From contig NC_043019.1 in assembly GCF_006345805.1 (NCBI RefSeq), positions 248,001 through 312,000 on the forward strand: 64,000 nucleotides of DNA. The letters are read 5' to 3'. Both the position numbers and the translations under genes were made by a program. The DNA is from Octopus sinensis. Taxonomy: Eukaryota. Position 1 is the stretch's first letter; every line of letters begins with the position of its first letter. Positions 1-14,627 of the stretch are shown here, piece by piece. Under the pieces are notes generated by a model, which was not told the origin of the DNA, made no database searches, and was given only the letters and a program-made list of their open reading frames with translations.

Positions 1-578
1 TAAGATACCCGGTTTTGGTTAAACTGCACCGCAAAATGTGGGAGTAGTTAGAAATCTAAATCGAAGGGGACAGACACTCACGCAACTACACTTTAATATA
101 TATAGATATATAACAAATTAGTGAGACATGACCAGTTAGATATCAATTCTGACCACACATAGTATTAATTCCAGTTAAAATATTTAATGTAATAAGTATT
201 CAATATGTATTTGTAGGTATGAGGCTGAGGGCTGCAGCATATCTAGGCCACGGGTCAGCATTGGCCTCCACCGGCTGTTTTAATATTTTCAAACATTCAA
301 ACATTGCTTCGGTACTGTATGCAGTTGTGGGGGTAGGGGAGGTCAGTAAGCAGCCGTGACCCACATCCACCTCCTCACACAGCAGTAGAAACTTTTAGAA
401 ATTTCTAAAGATTTCATTTGACTTCTTGGAAGACCGGGATTTTGGGTACATAGAAGGTCACTTACAGCTCTATATCTTTGGATATATTTCTCTCTCTCTC
501 TCCATTTCTCTATCTTCTCACCCTTACCTTCTTTGAAAAAGGAAATAAAGAAAAGAAGGAAGAAGAAAGTAAGAAAGT

Positions 579-609
<31 letters not shown>

Positions 610-814
610 CAAAAAATAGCAGCCCTAGAAACCTCTCCCCCACCCATATGCCAGCTCAAACTTCCCTTCTTTGAAAAATAAAAAGAGAAAGAAAGAAGCC
701 GAGATGTGTGTGTGTGAATGCGTATGTGTATGTGAGTGCGTGTGTGTGTGTATGTGTGTGAGCGGGTATATGATATATATATATATATATGTAGAAATAT
801 GTATGTATATATAT

Positions 815-3800
815 ATTTTTTTTTATCTAGTTTCAGCTCACAAGCTATGCCCATGCTGGGGCAACGCCATTTGGTGTTGATACATGATTTTACTTCACGA
901 ATGCTTTTTAGCAATTGCCATTTGGTGCATGAGAGAGTTCGATGCATCTGCCCTCATCTGCACCTCCTGCCGTGAAGTTGGTTCATCTGGGACACCTAAC
1001 AGGAAGAGATCCAGTTTTATTTTAAAGACATCTGCATCCACCCCATGCAGGTCTCTCAGGTTCTTCGGGAGGATATTGAAGAGCTGTGGGTCTCTGAAGC
1101 CCAGGCTATCACAGTATCTTGTCCTACATTTTGATGGCAAATTTGGAGTCCTTGGCACTATGCAGTGGCGCCCAGTTCTAGCATTTTGTAACTCTCGATG
1201 CCAAAGTTTGGGGCAAGTCCTTCTAGGATCTTCCAGATGTATATTATGGCATATCTTTCTCGCCTACGCTCTAAGGAATAGTCTTAATCTCTTGAGTCTT
1301 TCCCAATATCTTATATGCTGCACAGAGGCTATCTTCTTCGTGTAGCTTCGTTGGATCGCCTCAAGTTCTGTGATTAACTTGACACTGGATGGTGACCATA
1401 GCTGCGAGCAATAGTCAAAGTGGCTTAGGACAAGTGTCCTCCAGAGGACCATCATGGTTTCCTGGTCTCTTGTTCTAAAGGTTCTAAGAATCCATCCGGT
1501 CAACCACCTATATTTCATTGCCAATTTAGCAACATGCACATGAAAGGTTGCATCATCACTCATGTAAATACCCAGGTCTCGCACTGATTGTGCCCCTGGG
1601 ATTGCAATCCCTCCAGGTCCAGTGTATTTATTGGGTATTGCATTTAGTTTTGCATGCTGATAGCATAAAGCTTGAAACTTTTCAGCATTGAACTGCATGC
1701 AATTCTTTTCAGTCCACTTGTATATTTTGTCCAGCTCACATTGCAGGTTCTTAGTGTCTTCAGGGTTCTGTATTGCCTGTGAAACTTTTGTATCATCTGC
1801 ATAACTTGTGATCGTGGCTCTCTGCGTGTCTGAGAGGGCTATTATGAACAGTAGTGGTCCCAAAACAGTGCCTTGCGGAACACCGCTCACTATTTGGCTA
1901 CTACCACCCGGCTTCTATCCTTAAGAAAGTCGTTGAAGCCATTCTCCCAATTTTCCAACAATGCCAACATCACGCAGTTTGTGACATATCATTCCATGAT
2001 CGACTTTATCAAAGGCCTTTGCAAAGTCGAGTTATATGACTTCCACAATTGAGTGATTGAGCAGTCGTTTCAGCACCCAGTCATAGTGTTGTAGGAGCTG
2101 AGTTAGGCAGCTTCTTCCTGGTCGGAAACCATGTTGGGTGTCAGGCAGCAAGTCATTTTCTTCAATGAAGGTGATTAGATTCCTTCTGACTATTCGTTCC
2201 ATGAATGTGTGAGGTCAGAATATTAGGTCTGTAGTTCTTGGCCTCCGCTCTGCTACCTCCTTTATGAATAGGGCATATTTTACCTTCCTTCAGTTTTCTT
2301 GGAAGTTTGCCAGTTGCAAGGAAGCTCTGAAAGAGGAACTGCAGTGGTCTTGCTAGGACTCTCTTACATACTTTTGGAAGGATTGCTGAGAATCCATCGG
2401 GGCCAGTAGCTGAGTTTATTTTCATTTCATCTATAGCCTTTATTACATCGTCTTCCTTTATATTGATGTAATCAATCATCGCTGCCTCTGATTTTATATC
2501 TGCAGTGGTAAAGAAGTCAGTTGGATTGCTGACTTGAAAATGCCATAGGGGTGGAGTGAAAATATTCTTGAATTGCTCATTTAGTATTTTACTTATCCTC
2601 ATTGGATTTCCTGTGAGTGTGCCATCCTTTTCAAGAAGTGGCTCTATCCTACAGTGCACCGTAGCTGTTTCTTTGGCATATCTGCAGAAATGTTGTCTAT
2701 AGCCCAGGCTTCTTTGTCTGCTCTTTCCTTTTCATGGGAGAGTTGCAGACATTTTTCAATTTCCAACAGTTTTATTTTCAGGCGGCACCTACACTGCTTT
2801 CAATTTGCTTGTTTAGGCGATTTGAAACTTTTGTACAGCGTCTCATTAGAATTTTCCTCTCTCTGGGGATTTTGTTCTTGTGTACAGTGGCCTTTCTCTC
2901 TGGGACACATTTGTAGCATATGGATTGCATTACAGGCATGAATTGTTGAAGTTTCTTGTCGATGTCTGGCGAGGAGAGACATTCAGGCCAGTTTTGTTTG
3001 AGGATCTCTTTCTCAATTTGTTTCCAGTTTGCCTTATGGAAGTTCAAGCTGGAAAGATTCTGAGAATTTCTTGTAGACTGCATGTCCATGCTTTCTTTGG
3101 CCCGTACATGGTCAGCTCTACCATGTTGTGATCCGAGAGTAGAGTCGGTGTCACTTTCACAATATGGATGAGATCCAAATTATTTGTGAAGCAGAGATCC
3201 AGTATGTTACCTGCCCTGGTTGGTTGGAGTATTATTTGCTCCATGTACAGAGTGTTGATGAGGTTCAGCAGGGACCTCGCCTGTCCTCGTTCGCATCGTG
3301 TCATTCCTGGGAGAGAAAGAACCTCGGGCCATCTGACATTGTGCAGATTGAAGTCTCCCATAAGAAGTACACTTATGTGTTGTTCTAATGTGACAAGAAC
3401 TTCTATTTTTATAAGGTAGTCTTCAAACTTGCCTACATGGCTTGGGGCATCTGGAGGGCGATATGTAGCACATATAACTACACCAAGTTGCCTTATATGT
3501 ACAATTAGTGTGTCACACACCGAATTTGAGTATGACAAAAGGACCTGGGGTGTGAGGTCCTCGCGGATGTATATAGCAACTCCTCCATGACTCCTTTCTT
3601 TTCTGTCGGTCCGTAATACAACATACTGTGGTATGTGTATTTCCGCATCTGCTACGTCCAGTTTCAGGTGTGTTTCCGTAAGTGCTATGCATAAGGCTTG
3701 ATTGCATGCAACATGGTCTCTCATGAACGGGATTTTTGTCCTGTTACTGAGTGTTAGCAGTCCTCTGATCTTCAGTAGGAGCATCGAGGTGATGTATGTG

Positions 3801-4190
3801 CTGTTGCCGGTGTCTACCTTGGGTCAATATGCTGTGGCGGTCTTGCGTATTGTGGATAGTCCCATCTGCGAGTTTGAGTTTGATGGAGCCAGGTTAGCTG
3901 CTATACAATCTTTTGTGCCATGCGCAAAAAAGATTCTTATTCAGCAGCTGCCCTTTCAATAACATGTTGGTGGTTTGTAGCACGCACTACATCTGCGTAC
4001 CTCCGTTTTGGGGCAGGTGGTGCGTGATCCATTCCTTTTCCTTTTAGTAGTTGGTTTCTGCCCTGATTCATGTTTATGTGGCAGGGTTTTTGGTGTGCAA
4101 AACGGCAACCTGCACATTCCTCTCAATGCCAGCAGACACCTTTCAGATAGAATTTACACATTCGTGTGCGCTGTCTCTTTCTATCCTTTT
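815..4190 (-). mobile_element. CR1/jockey-group LINE, 5'-truncated, multiply frameshifted ORF2 (APE endonuclease + RT)
   Basis: APE motifs IALTETHL, GGVAIYI, YRPP, MGDFN, ILDL, SDH (3044-3784); RT motifs SGVPQGTVLGPLLF and YADD (1264-1890); A-rich tail near 815-823; Cys/His-rich ORF1-like remnant near 3950-4140. Confidence 0.9.
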
Positions 4191-4349
4191 TGGTATATAT
4201 ATATATATGTAAATAGCGTCAGATAATTACAGATTAGTATATAAATATAGAGTTATATATATATATATCAAATTAGAGATAAAACTAAATCTAATTTTTC
4301 CCTGTAAGTTTGGATTTACTCCCTAATATTATCATTATAATTATATATA

Positions 4350-4691
4350 TATATAAAGGTATATAAAGCAATATCATCTCTCCATCTACCTTACAAACAC
4401 CCAAACACACACACATATATATATGTGTATGCGCACGCATATAAGGTATTACCTTTTATTCCGTATACCAATATTGCAATCATATATGAACAGTTATAAA
4501 CGATTCCTTTAAATATATTATGGTTAAAGGTAAAAGTTCATCGTATCGCTCACAGAAGAGGTCACGCATGGATTTTTGCGTTCAAAGCTTACGACGCATT
4601 ACTACCAAAATTTCCCCAATAGCTTTCAGGAATTTTTTGTACGTGGATATGAATAAGGGCTTATAGGGATGTGAGTGTGAGAAAGAAGTAA

Positions 4692-4725
<34 letters not shown>

Positions 4726-5470
4726 TGATGGGGGCTGGGAGTTAAGCAGCCAATACTAGCCACAAACAACTAACTACCCCACACCTATACCAGCTCAATC
4801 CCACCTTCTTTAAAAAATTAAAGAAAGAAAGAAAGAAGCTGTTGAAATGTGTGTGTGTTTGAGATGGTAAGTGGGATGTAAGCAGAAAATAGCAGCCCTA
4901 AATTACCTACCTATCTTACACCTTTCCCGCCTTACCATTACCTTCTTTAAAAAAGGAAAGAAAGACAGAAGTGTGTGTGTTTGAGGGGTGGGAGTGAAGC
5001 TGTGAATAGCAGCCCCCAAATCCGACCTATCCTTCATTTATACCATCTCACCTTTATCTACTTTAAAAAGAAAGAAAGAAAGAAAGAAAGAAGGAAGCAG
5101 ATCTAGATGTGTGTGCATCTCTTGAAATTTTGTAGTTCTACAAATAGACTACATCCCATAATTATTTGCCTATTTAGAGTAAATTAGTATTAATTTAATA
5201 ATTAATAAATATTAGCAAGTAGTTTTGGTATGGAAAAAGAATATTTATCGGTAAAACCTTGTACAAAATGTTTGTTTTTTTTATACATAATTATAAACAT
5301 AATTACGGGTTTAGCAACAAGTTGCTTCACCACACACCGAAAGTTTAGAAATATCAGCCGAAGACAGCTAATTCCATTCACTATGTCTCTAGTTACAGGA
5401 ATTAGCTGACTTTGTCTGCAATTTCTAAATTTTCGGTATGTGGTGAAACAAGTTGTTGCTACACACTTAA
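4350..5470. repeat. Unclassified modular repeat (representative copy; others ~6640-7620 plus 10400-10601, 13180-14585, 17380-18080 plus 20721-21016, 21320-22804, 28860-29982, 31130-31392)
   Basis: Same ordered blocks: aatcaatatcatctc, catcgtatcgctcacagaagaggtcacgcatgg, (GA)n-tgatgggggctgggagttaagcagccaatactagcc, 2-3 aaatagcagccc sub-repeats, ttgtagtactacaa, terminal foldback. Confidence 0.85.
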
Positions 5471-5770
5471 TTCTCTCTCTCTCTCACTATCTCTCTCTCT
5501 ATATATATCTAAATATATATACATATATATATTCTCCCTAAATTCTCTCTCTATATATATATATATATATATAAATATATACTTACATATATATATATAT
5601 ATTAAGTTAATCCAAACAAGAAAACAAAAAACAACAACGCAAGGATGTGGAGCAAATAAAGTATTATTGAACGCTCAGGAAAGAAGGAGATAAATACATA
5701 TATATATAGTTATATATAAAAACATATATATGTATATATATATATGTATATATATAAAAACATATATATG

Positions 5771-5817
<47 letters not shown>

Positions 5818-5853
5818 GACATACATATATATATAGTTATATATAAAAACATA

Positions 5854-5898
<45 letters not shown>

Positions 5899-6058
5899 AT
5901 TAATGTATATGCTTATATCTGTATACATATATATATACATAGATATACACACATATATATGTCCATATATATATGTATACATATATACATAAATAAACAT
6001 ACGTATTTGTACGTATATATATACATATCTACATAGATAAACATACGTGTGTGTATAT

Positions 6059-6117
<59 letters not shown>

Positions 6118-6297
6118 CATATAGCCTCCGTGATAGATCGTTAGCCACTACGCAAATCTTTTTCTCTCCATGTCTTTTCTGTGCCCCTTTCTGTAGAAAC
6201 GTAAAAGACTTTTTCTATTCCTGAGCGTTGTACTAATACATCACTTTGTTTTGTACACCACCTGTCTTCGTCTTTTGCTTTCTTCGTAAACTCTCCA

Positions 6298-6354
<57 letters not shown>

Positions 6355-6575
6355 TATATATATATAATATATATATATTTTTATATATATATATATATAT
6401 ACATATATATTATCAGATATATATATATACATACATACATATAAGTATATATGTATATGCTTATATCTGTATACATATATATATATCGATATACACACAT
6501 ATGTATACATATATATATAAATAAAAATGCTTGTATGTACATATATATATACATATCTACATAAATAAACAGTTT

Positions 6576-6623
<48 letters not shown>

Positions 6624-7809
6624 TGAATGTATGTATAACATCTTATAATTACAGATGCGTATGTAAATATATATAGATATGTATATATAAAGGTATATAA
6701 ATCAATATCAATTCTCCATCTACCTTACAAACACACAAACACACAAACATATATATGTGTATGCACACGCATATAAGTTATTACTTTTTATTCCGTATAC
6801 CAATATTAAAATATTATATGAACAATTTTAAACGATTCGTTTAAAGGAATTTATTTCATATTCACCCCAAAATATGTTATATTTAAACAAATATAATGCA
6901 CATACCTTTAAATATATTATGCTTAAAGGTAAAAGTCCATCGTATCGCTCACAGAAGAGGTCACGCATGGATTGTTGCGTTCAAAGCTTACGACGCAGTA
7001 TTAAAAAAAAATTTCCTAATAGACATGGTTATGTAAGGGCTTATAGGGATGTGAGTGTGAGAGAGAGAAGTAAAGAGAGAGGGGAGAGAGAGAGAGAGAC
7101 GAGAGAGAGAGAGAGAGAGATGAGAGCGAGAGAGAGTGATGGGGGTGGGAGTTAAGCAGCCAATACTAGCCACAAACAACTAACTACCCCACACCTATAC
7201 CAGCTGAAACTTACCTTTTTTAAAATATTTAAATAAAGAAAGAATGACAGAAATTATAAGCTATTGAAATGTGTGTGTGTTTGAGATGGTTGGTGGGAGA
7301 TAAGCAGAAAATAGCAGCCCAAATTACCTACCTATCCTAAACCTTTCCCGCCACGTCATTACCTTCTTTAAAAAAAGGAAAGAAAGACAAAAGCTAAAAG
7401 ACGTGTGTGTTTGTTTAGGGGTGGGAGTTAAGCAGTGAATAGCAGCCCCCAAATGCGACCTATCCTTCACTTATACCATCTCACCTTTATCTACTTTAAA
7501 AAGAAAGAAACAAACAAAGAAAGAGGCGAATAAGATGTGTGTGTGCGTGTGTATGTGTGTGTGAGTGTCTTGAAAGTTTGTAGTACTACAAATAGGCTGC
7601 ATCCCTTAATTATTTACCTATTCATACCTTAGTATATGAAAGGAAGGTGACCAGCTTCTCTCCCTCTCTTGCCTTTCACATCTACATCGATTTACATTAT
7701 ACACACATTTATATTTCTTAGATATACAAGATTATACAAACCACACACACACATATAAACTACATCAATTTTTCCATTTATTAATCCCAACTTATACAAT
7801 ATAAGCACG

Positions 7810-8862
7810 ATGTGCACATGTTCATTATGTTCCAAGACATTTACTTCGAAATCTTCATTAACAACTCACATGAGGAGTCATTACGGTAAGTCATTGCATT
7901 TATACATTTTATTTCAGTTGATGCTCAAAGTATTTTAATCATGTTCAAATAATGATAATTATTACTTTCTTTTTACAGGCGTCAAGCCGTACCAGTGCGA
8001 CATATGTAAGAAGAAATTCACTCGAAATACTTCATTAAACTACCACAAGCTTGTTCATGAAGAGAAATTTCGGTTTACCTGTAAACTTTGTGATAAACAT
8101 TTCAGACACCGTGGTCATTTCAATGTATGTATATTCATATTATTGTTATTTTTTTATTATACATTATGAATGTATTTAATATTTCCAAATTCATTGATTT
8201 CTGTTTATGTATAACATATCAATACATTGAAACGAACAATTGATATCGTTACATTTCAGGACCATGTTTTGAAGCATTTTATAGATGAACCATTCGAATG
8301 TGGACGATGTCACAAGACGTTTCCGTCGCGTCAAAAATCAAGGGCCACGTTAAAGTATGTAATGCAACAGATGCTACTCCGAGTAAAACAATGGAGCAAA
8401 AAGTCCACGAAGCCCATTGGCAGTACTTTCTGGTATGTTTTCACCTAATTTACCTTATAAATGTTTAGCTGCAGATTTTGAGTCTTAGCTCAGACAAGAT
8501 CTAAGTTGAAATGCTGAAAAACTTTGACATTCTAACGATTTCCACTCTGTTTTCTTACGTGAAGCTTTATTTATCCAATCTGAAATTATTTCTTAAGTCA
8601 ATATTGACTGATTTATAAGAGATTTTGCTCCTTTTCCCATTACTTTATATTTATTTCTCAATTCTGATTCATATATTCAAATTACTGAAAAGATCGTTTC
8701 TACACTCCATGCATTAGGGATAAGTCTCAATTATAAAATATGAATTTTTGTGATATCCAGCCATAGAGATTCATTTGGGCATTAGTACATTCGACTCTGG
8801 TAATTTCATATATATTTTATCAATAATTCCATTTTCTCTTTCAGATGACCGTTGGTTTATAA
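7810..8862 (+). pseudogene. C2H2 zinc-finger gene 3' part (copy 1, 1-bp deletion in third exon)
   Basis: Exons ~7810-7885, 7979-8124, 8260-8432, 8845-8862; offset 10477-10478 from copy 2. TCAAGGGCCAC versus TCAAGGGACCAC shifts the frame in finger 4 (exon 173 vs 174 nt). Confidence 0.7.
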
Positions 8863-9469
8863 TTTCCGAATGATCGTAAGAGGAAAGATTCTTCCACCAG
8901 GCATAATTTCGTGGCGTCTTTTGCAGACCACATCTCAGAGACTCTAATTTCATATATTTCGTGTAACGCAATCTAGAATAAACTTAAACTAAAGAAGCTT
9001 TGGGGTCTGATTTTTTTTTTCTTCTTTTTCTTTTTTTTCTTGAATTTCAAAATTGAGAAGAGATCTTCTTAGAAATCGATATGCGAGTACATGGACATGA
9101 ATAATAGTGTCTATATGAAGGTACTTCTGTGTGTAGATACTATTATATTGGCTAAATATTGAAAGCTCAAAATTGATGTGTGTAAATATGTACGTAAATC
9201 TGCATCTAATAGATAAACGTGTACTCACACACACATAGGCATATACATAATGAGGAATACACACATACATGTACACACACACACCCGTACATACAGGTAC
9301 ATATAGGAATAAATGTGTGTGTATGTGTACATGAATGCGTGTGTTTGCGCCTCGGTATAGCCCCAGGTATGGATAGACAGTTGGAAATGAAGATAGACAG
9401 GTAGATAACTACCAAGATAGAATGATAGATAGATAGAGACAGAGAGATACATAGACAGATAGATAGACA

Positions 9470-9516
9470 GGGAGGCAAACAGATAGAGAGAAAGACAGAC
9501 AGACAGAGAGATAGAT

Positions 9517-9581
<65 letters not shown>

Positions 9582-9589
9582 CTAGATAA

Positions 9590-9646
<57 letters not shown>

Positions 9647-9650
9647 CAAT

Positions 9651-9710
<60 letters not shown>

Positions 9711-9742
9711 GAGATAGACCGATAGATAGATAGATAGACAAT

Positions 9743-9837
<95 letters not shown>

Positions 9838-9850
9838 GCAGGTAGATAGG
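9470..9850. repeat. (GATA)n microsatellite block (shorter in duplicate ~19870-20080)
   Basis: Direct reading. Confidence 0.95.
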
Positions 9851-11008
9851 TAAACAAGTAAAGGAATAAAAGAATACATATATGGAAAGAGAGAGAGAAT
9901 AAGTGAGAATGGGGGAGAGAATATGTCATTCACGGAATATGTAGTTAATATATATTGTAAGTGTGCGATTGAGGGTTGAAGCATTTCTAGGCCGCGGGTC
10001 CCCATGGGCCTCCACCACCCGTTTTTATAGTTTCAAACTGTTAAACATACCTTTGGTAGTGATTAAGTGAGTTTTACAAAGTAAGCGGGCGGTGGGAAGT
10101 GGGAGGAGAGGTCAGCAGTCAGCCCTCACCCCGTTCACCCCTCCCCACACAGCAGCGGCAACCTTTAGAAATTTCAAAAGATTTCCTTTAACTTCTATTA
10201 AGAACGGGATTTGGGGTACATAAAAGTTCCCTAAGGTTCCATGTCGACTTTGGATGTCTCTCTCTCTCTCTCTCTCTGCATTTCTTTTTCTATATTTTAC
10301 CCTCTCCCATTCACTGTCATATAGATATATACCCTGCACACATATCGTTCACGGGCACACATTTATATATGTATATTCATATATATATATATATATACAT
10401 ATATTTTCGGTAAAAACTTATTATAAATATAATTAAGGGTTTAGCAACAAGTTGCTTCATTACATACCGAAAATTTAGAAATAGCAGCGAAAGACAGTTA
10501 ATTCCTTTCACTATGTCTCTAGTGAAAAGAAACAGCTGTTTTTGGCTGTTGTTTCTAAATTTTCGAATATGTGGTGAAGTAACTTGTCGCTACTTTCTTA
10601 ACTACATTTACAAATATATATATATATATATTCATACATACACATGTATGTGTGGGTATGTATACACAGACACATACACACACTCTATATTTTGATAAAT
10701 ATGATCACTCTACACAATGCATTGAGTACTTTATTTTTGTTCATGAAATAACTTACAAATCATAAACACATATATATATCATTGTTTTATTTTATACATA
10801 CATATATATATATATTATAAGTACATATACACATGATGATGTGGGGAAGAAGATGACAAGTCATCATTGAATATATTCACCAATAGATATACACACACCC
10901 CACAACACATACATACATATATATATATAACCATCATTTAACATTTAAGATTTCTCTTGAATGAAAACAGTACTAGTCCTGTAGAAGCTCCTCTATATAA
11001 TAAATATA

Positions 11009-11043
<35 letters not shown>

Positions 11044-11048
11044 GTATA

Positions 11049-11113
<65 letters not shown>

Positions 11114-11252
11114 ATATATGTATGTATGTATATGCATATGTCTGTATACATAATATATATAGATATACACATATATATATATTTATACATATATACATAA
11201 ATAAACATACGTGTATGTACATATATCTATATATAATATATTTATATATTAT

Positions 11253-11287
<35 letters not shown>

Positions 11288-11527
11288 ATAATAAATATTA
11301 GGGAATAAATCCAAATTTACAGGGAAAAAAATCAGATTTAGGATTAAATCCAATTTTATAGTAAAATTTATAGTAAAATATTATAAAATATTATTTTGTC
11401 TCTAATAATATTTTATATATATATATATATATGTATGTATGCATATGCTTATGTCTGTATATATATATATAGATAGATATACACATATATATATATTTAT
11501 ATCTATATACATAAATAAACATACGTG

Positions 11528-11559
<32 letters not shown>

Positions 11560-11677
11560 GCTTCATATAACTACAGGCACCTATATAATTATATATTGAG
11601 ATGTATAAGTCAATATCATCATTCCTTTGCCTTACAAATACACACACACACACACACACGCACACACACACACACAT

Positions 11678-11730
<53 letters not shown>

Positions 11731-11860
11731 TCCATGACCGGAGTCATTCTTGTTGCTTATTTTGATTATAATCACCCACGGATTTTTATGGATAACACCA
11801 TAAAAAATTCTGGTGCATCTAAATAAGTACCATATTCATTTGAATCTAAATTTTGCTGAA

Positions 11861-11918
<58 letters not shown>

Positions 11919-11929
11919 TGATAAAACCG

Positions 11930-12985
11930 TAAGATAACAAAAGAAAGAAAGAGACCTCAATATTATGTAATAGAGGAATTTATCTATACAATATGTACAT
12001 TACTCGGTAGTCAAGATAAAACTCTGAGTTTCAGATGCCGAAGTGGAAATCCACAACACCATCTCTTCGGTTATCTGGCTATTTGAAAACGTTATGAAAA
12101 AATACCGTTAAATAAAGGGAAATTACTCTGTTATAACTCTGCTTGCCTGCGTACTTATACATCGCTCGCATTTTTCGTCATAAAAATTATGTAAAAATTA
12201 TATAAAAATACATAAAAAATATATTAAAAAATATATAAAAATATATAAATTCTTCTTGGGACATAACATAGAAAGCATGTTCTATCTGTTTTCTTTAGGG
12301 GACCAAAACGTAACAGAAATTTTTAGTCACATGTGTGCATGATCCGAAAAGCTCTGTCCTTGTATTTAGACATGTAGTAAGGTCTAAGCTGCTTTTCCAG
12401 ATAAGCCATCTCTCCATGTCGCATAGACCGCACCTTCCGCTGCCGTTAGTATAGGGCTTACATCTGGCCAAAATTTCCATTGTATGTTATAATCGACACC
12501 TTTATCTCTTAAAGACCAAATATGATTAGATATTGTGTCGCTTTTCTTTTGTTCCAGTGCCTAAGCTCAAAGTGTGGTTATTGAACCGGCCTTGAAATTA
12601 CCCTCTGTAAGGCCCACGTATTCTTCGTCGAAACGGTGTCTTTAGTGGTTATAGAGTTTACGGTAGCTTCATATATGATTGTCTTGGACATGCAAGCTCC
12701 ATTTAGCGGGCACAATTCTTTATTCCTGCATGAACAGCTGTTTTCTTGTTGTGTTTTTTTGTATGTTATGTTTGATTATGTTTTTAAAATTGGTAGTTGA
12801 ACAAAAACTAATTTTTAAATTGTGTCTATTGAAGAGTTTCCTGTAAGTATGGTTAACTGGAAAATGTCTATCTATCAGTGCTAGGAAATATGTTATGTGC
12901 TTTCTATGTTATGTCCCAAGAAGAATTTATATATTTTTATATATTTTTTATGTATTTTTATATAATTTTACACATAACTTGTAGC
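11930..12985 (-). mobile_element. Penelope-like element remnant (GIY-YIG endonuclease) with inverted flanking repeats
   Basis: Frameshifted CPLNGACMSKTIIYEATV...YVGLTEG...SDTISNHIWSLRDKGVDYNIQW and CKPYTNGSGRCGLCDMER...LNTRTELFGSCTH; inverted repeats ~12185-12288 and 12898-12980. Confidence 0.8.
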
Positions 12986-13287
12986 TACTTTCTTAATTAA
13001 ATTTACAATTATATATCTATATATATATTATACACACACACCACACATAATATATATATATGTGTGTGTATATGCTTATATCTGTAAACATCTATATATA
13101 TTGATATACACGTATATATATATATTTATACCTATATACATTAATAAACATACGTGTATGTACATATATATATATATGTATAGCTTCATATAACTACAGA
13201 CACCAATATAAGTATATACTTATGTGTATAAGTCAACATCATCTTCCTTCGCCTTACAAACACACAAGCACACACACACACACACAC

Positions 13288-13320
<33 letters not shown>

Positions 13321-13456
13321 CCATGACCGGAGTCATTCTTGTTGCTTATTTTGATTATAATCACCCCACGGATTCATATGGATAACACCATACAACATTC
13401 TGATGCATCTAAATTAAGTACCATATTCATTTGAATCTAACTTTTTCTCACCTTAT

Positions 13457-13492
<36 letters not shown>

Positions 13493-13532
13493 ATATATAT
13501 AATATATATATGTATATATATATATATCTGTG

Positions 13533-13570
<38 letters not shown>

Positions 13571-13949
13571 GTATATATATATATATATTCTATATATATA
13601 TATATAGTGTGTATGCGCACACATATAATGTATTACCTTTTATTACTTATACTAATACTGAAATCTTATACCAACAATTATAAACGATTCATCAAAACTA
13701 ATATATATTATATTTACACCTAAAGATACCATATTTCGAGACAGATATAATACATAATCCTTTAAATGTATTATGGTTAAAGGTAAAAGCCCATCGTATC
13801 GCTCACAAAGGGGGTCACTCATTGATTGTAGCGTCCAAATATTACGACGCAGTTCTACCAAAATGTCCCCAATAGCTCCCATGAATTATTTGTACCCGAA
13901 TTGTGTATACGTAAGGGCTTATAGGGATGTGTGTGTGAGAGAAAGAAGT

Positions 13950-13990
<41 letters not shown>

Positions 13991-14627
13991 TGGGGGCAGG
14001 GAGTTAAGCAGCCAATACTAGCTCAACCCCACCTTTTTAAAAAATTAAATAAAGAAAGACAGCAAGAAAAGAAGAAGCTATTGAAATGTGTGTGTGTTTG
14101 TGATAGTGGATGGGAGATAAGCAGAAAATAGCAGCCCCAAAATGCGACCTATCCTACACATATACCTAATTTAAAAAGAAAACGAAAGGAAGAATCTAAT
14201 AAGATGGGTGTGTGTGCGTGTGTATGTGTGTGTGTGTTTCTTGAAATTTTGTAGTACTACAAATAAACTACATCCCATAATTATTTACCCAATTAGGGTA
14301 AAGAATTTTTAATTTAATAATTAATAAATTTTTCCAAGGAGTTTCGATGTGGAAATAGAACCATTATCGGTAAAAACTTGCACAAAAAGTTTTTTTATAT
14401 CTATAATTATAAATATAATTAAGGGTTTAGCAACAAGTTGCTTCACCACATACCGAAAATTAAAATTAGCAGCAGAAGACAGCTAATTCCTTTCACTATG
14501 TATCTAGTAAAACGATTTTGCCGTCTTTGGCTGCTATTTCTAAATTTTCAGTTATTGGTGAAGCCACTTGTTGCAAGACACTTGGTTATATATATATATA
14601 TATATATAGGTAAACAGTAAAATTAAA

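Noticed and set aside
815-4190. Active LINE with two recent insertions
   Set aside because: ORF2 is frameshifted identically in both copies and the flanks are duplicated too.
5303-5470. piggyBac classification of the foldback hairpin
   Set aside because: Ends read TTAA-GGG/GTG, not TTAA-CCC.
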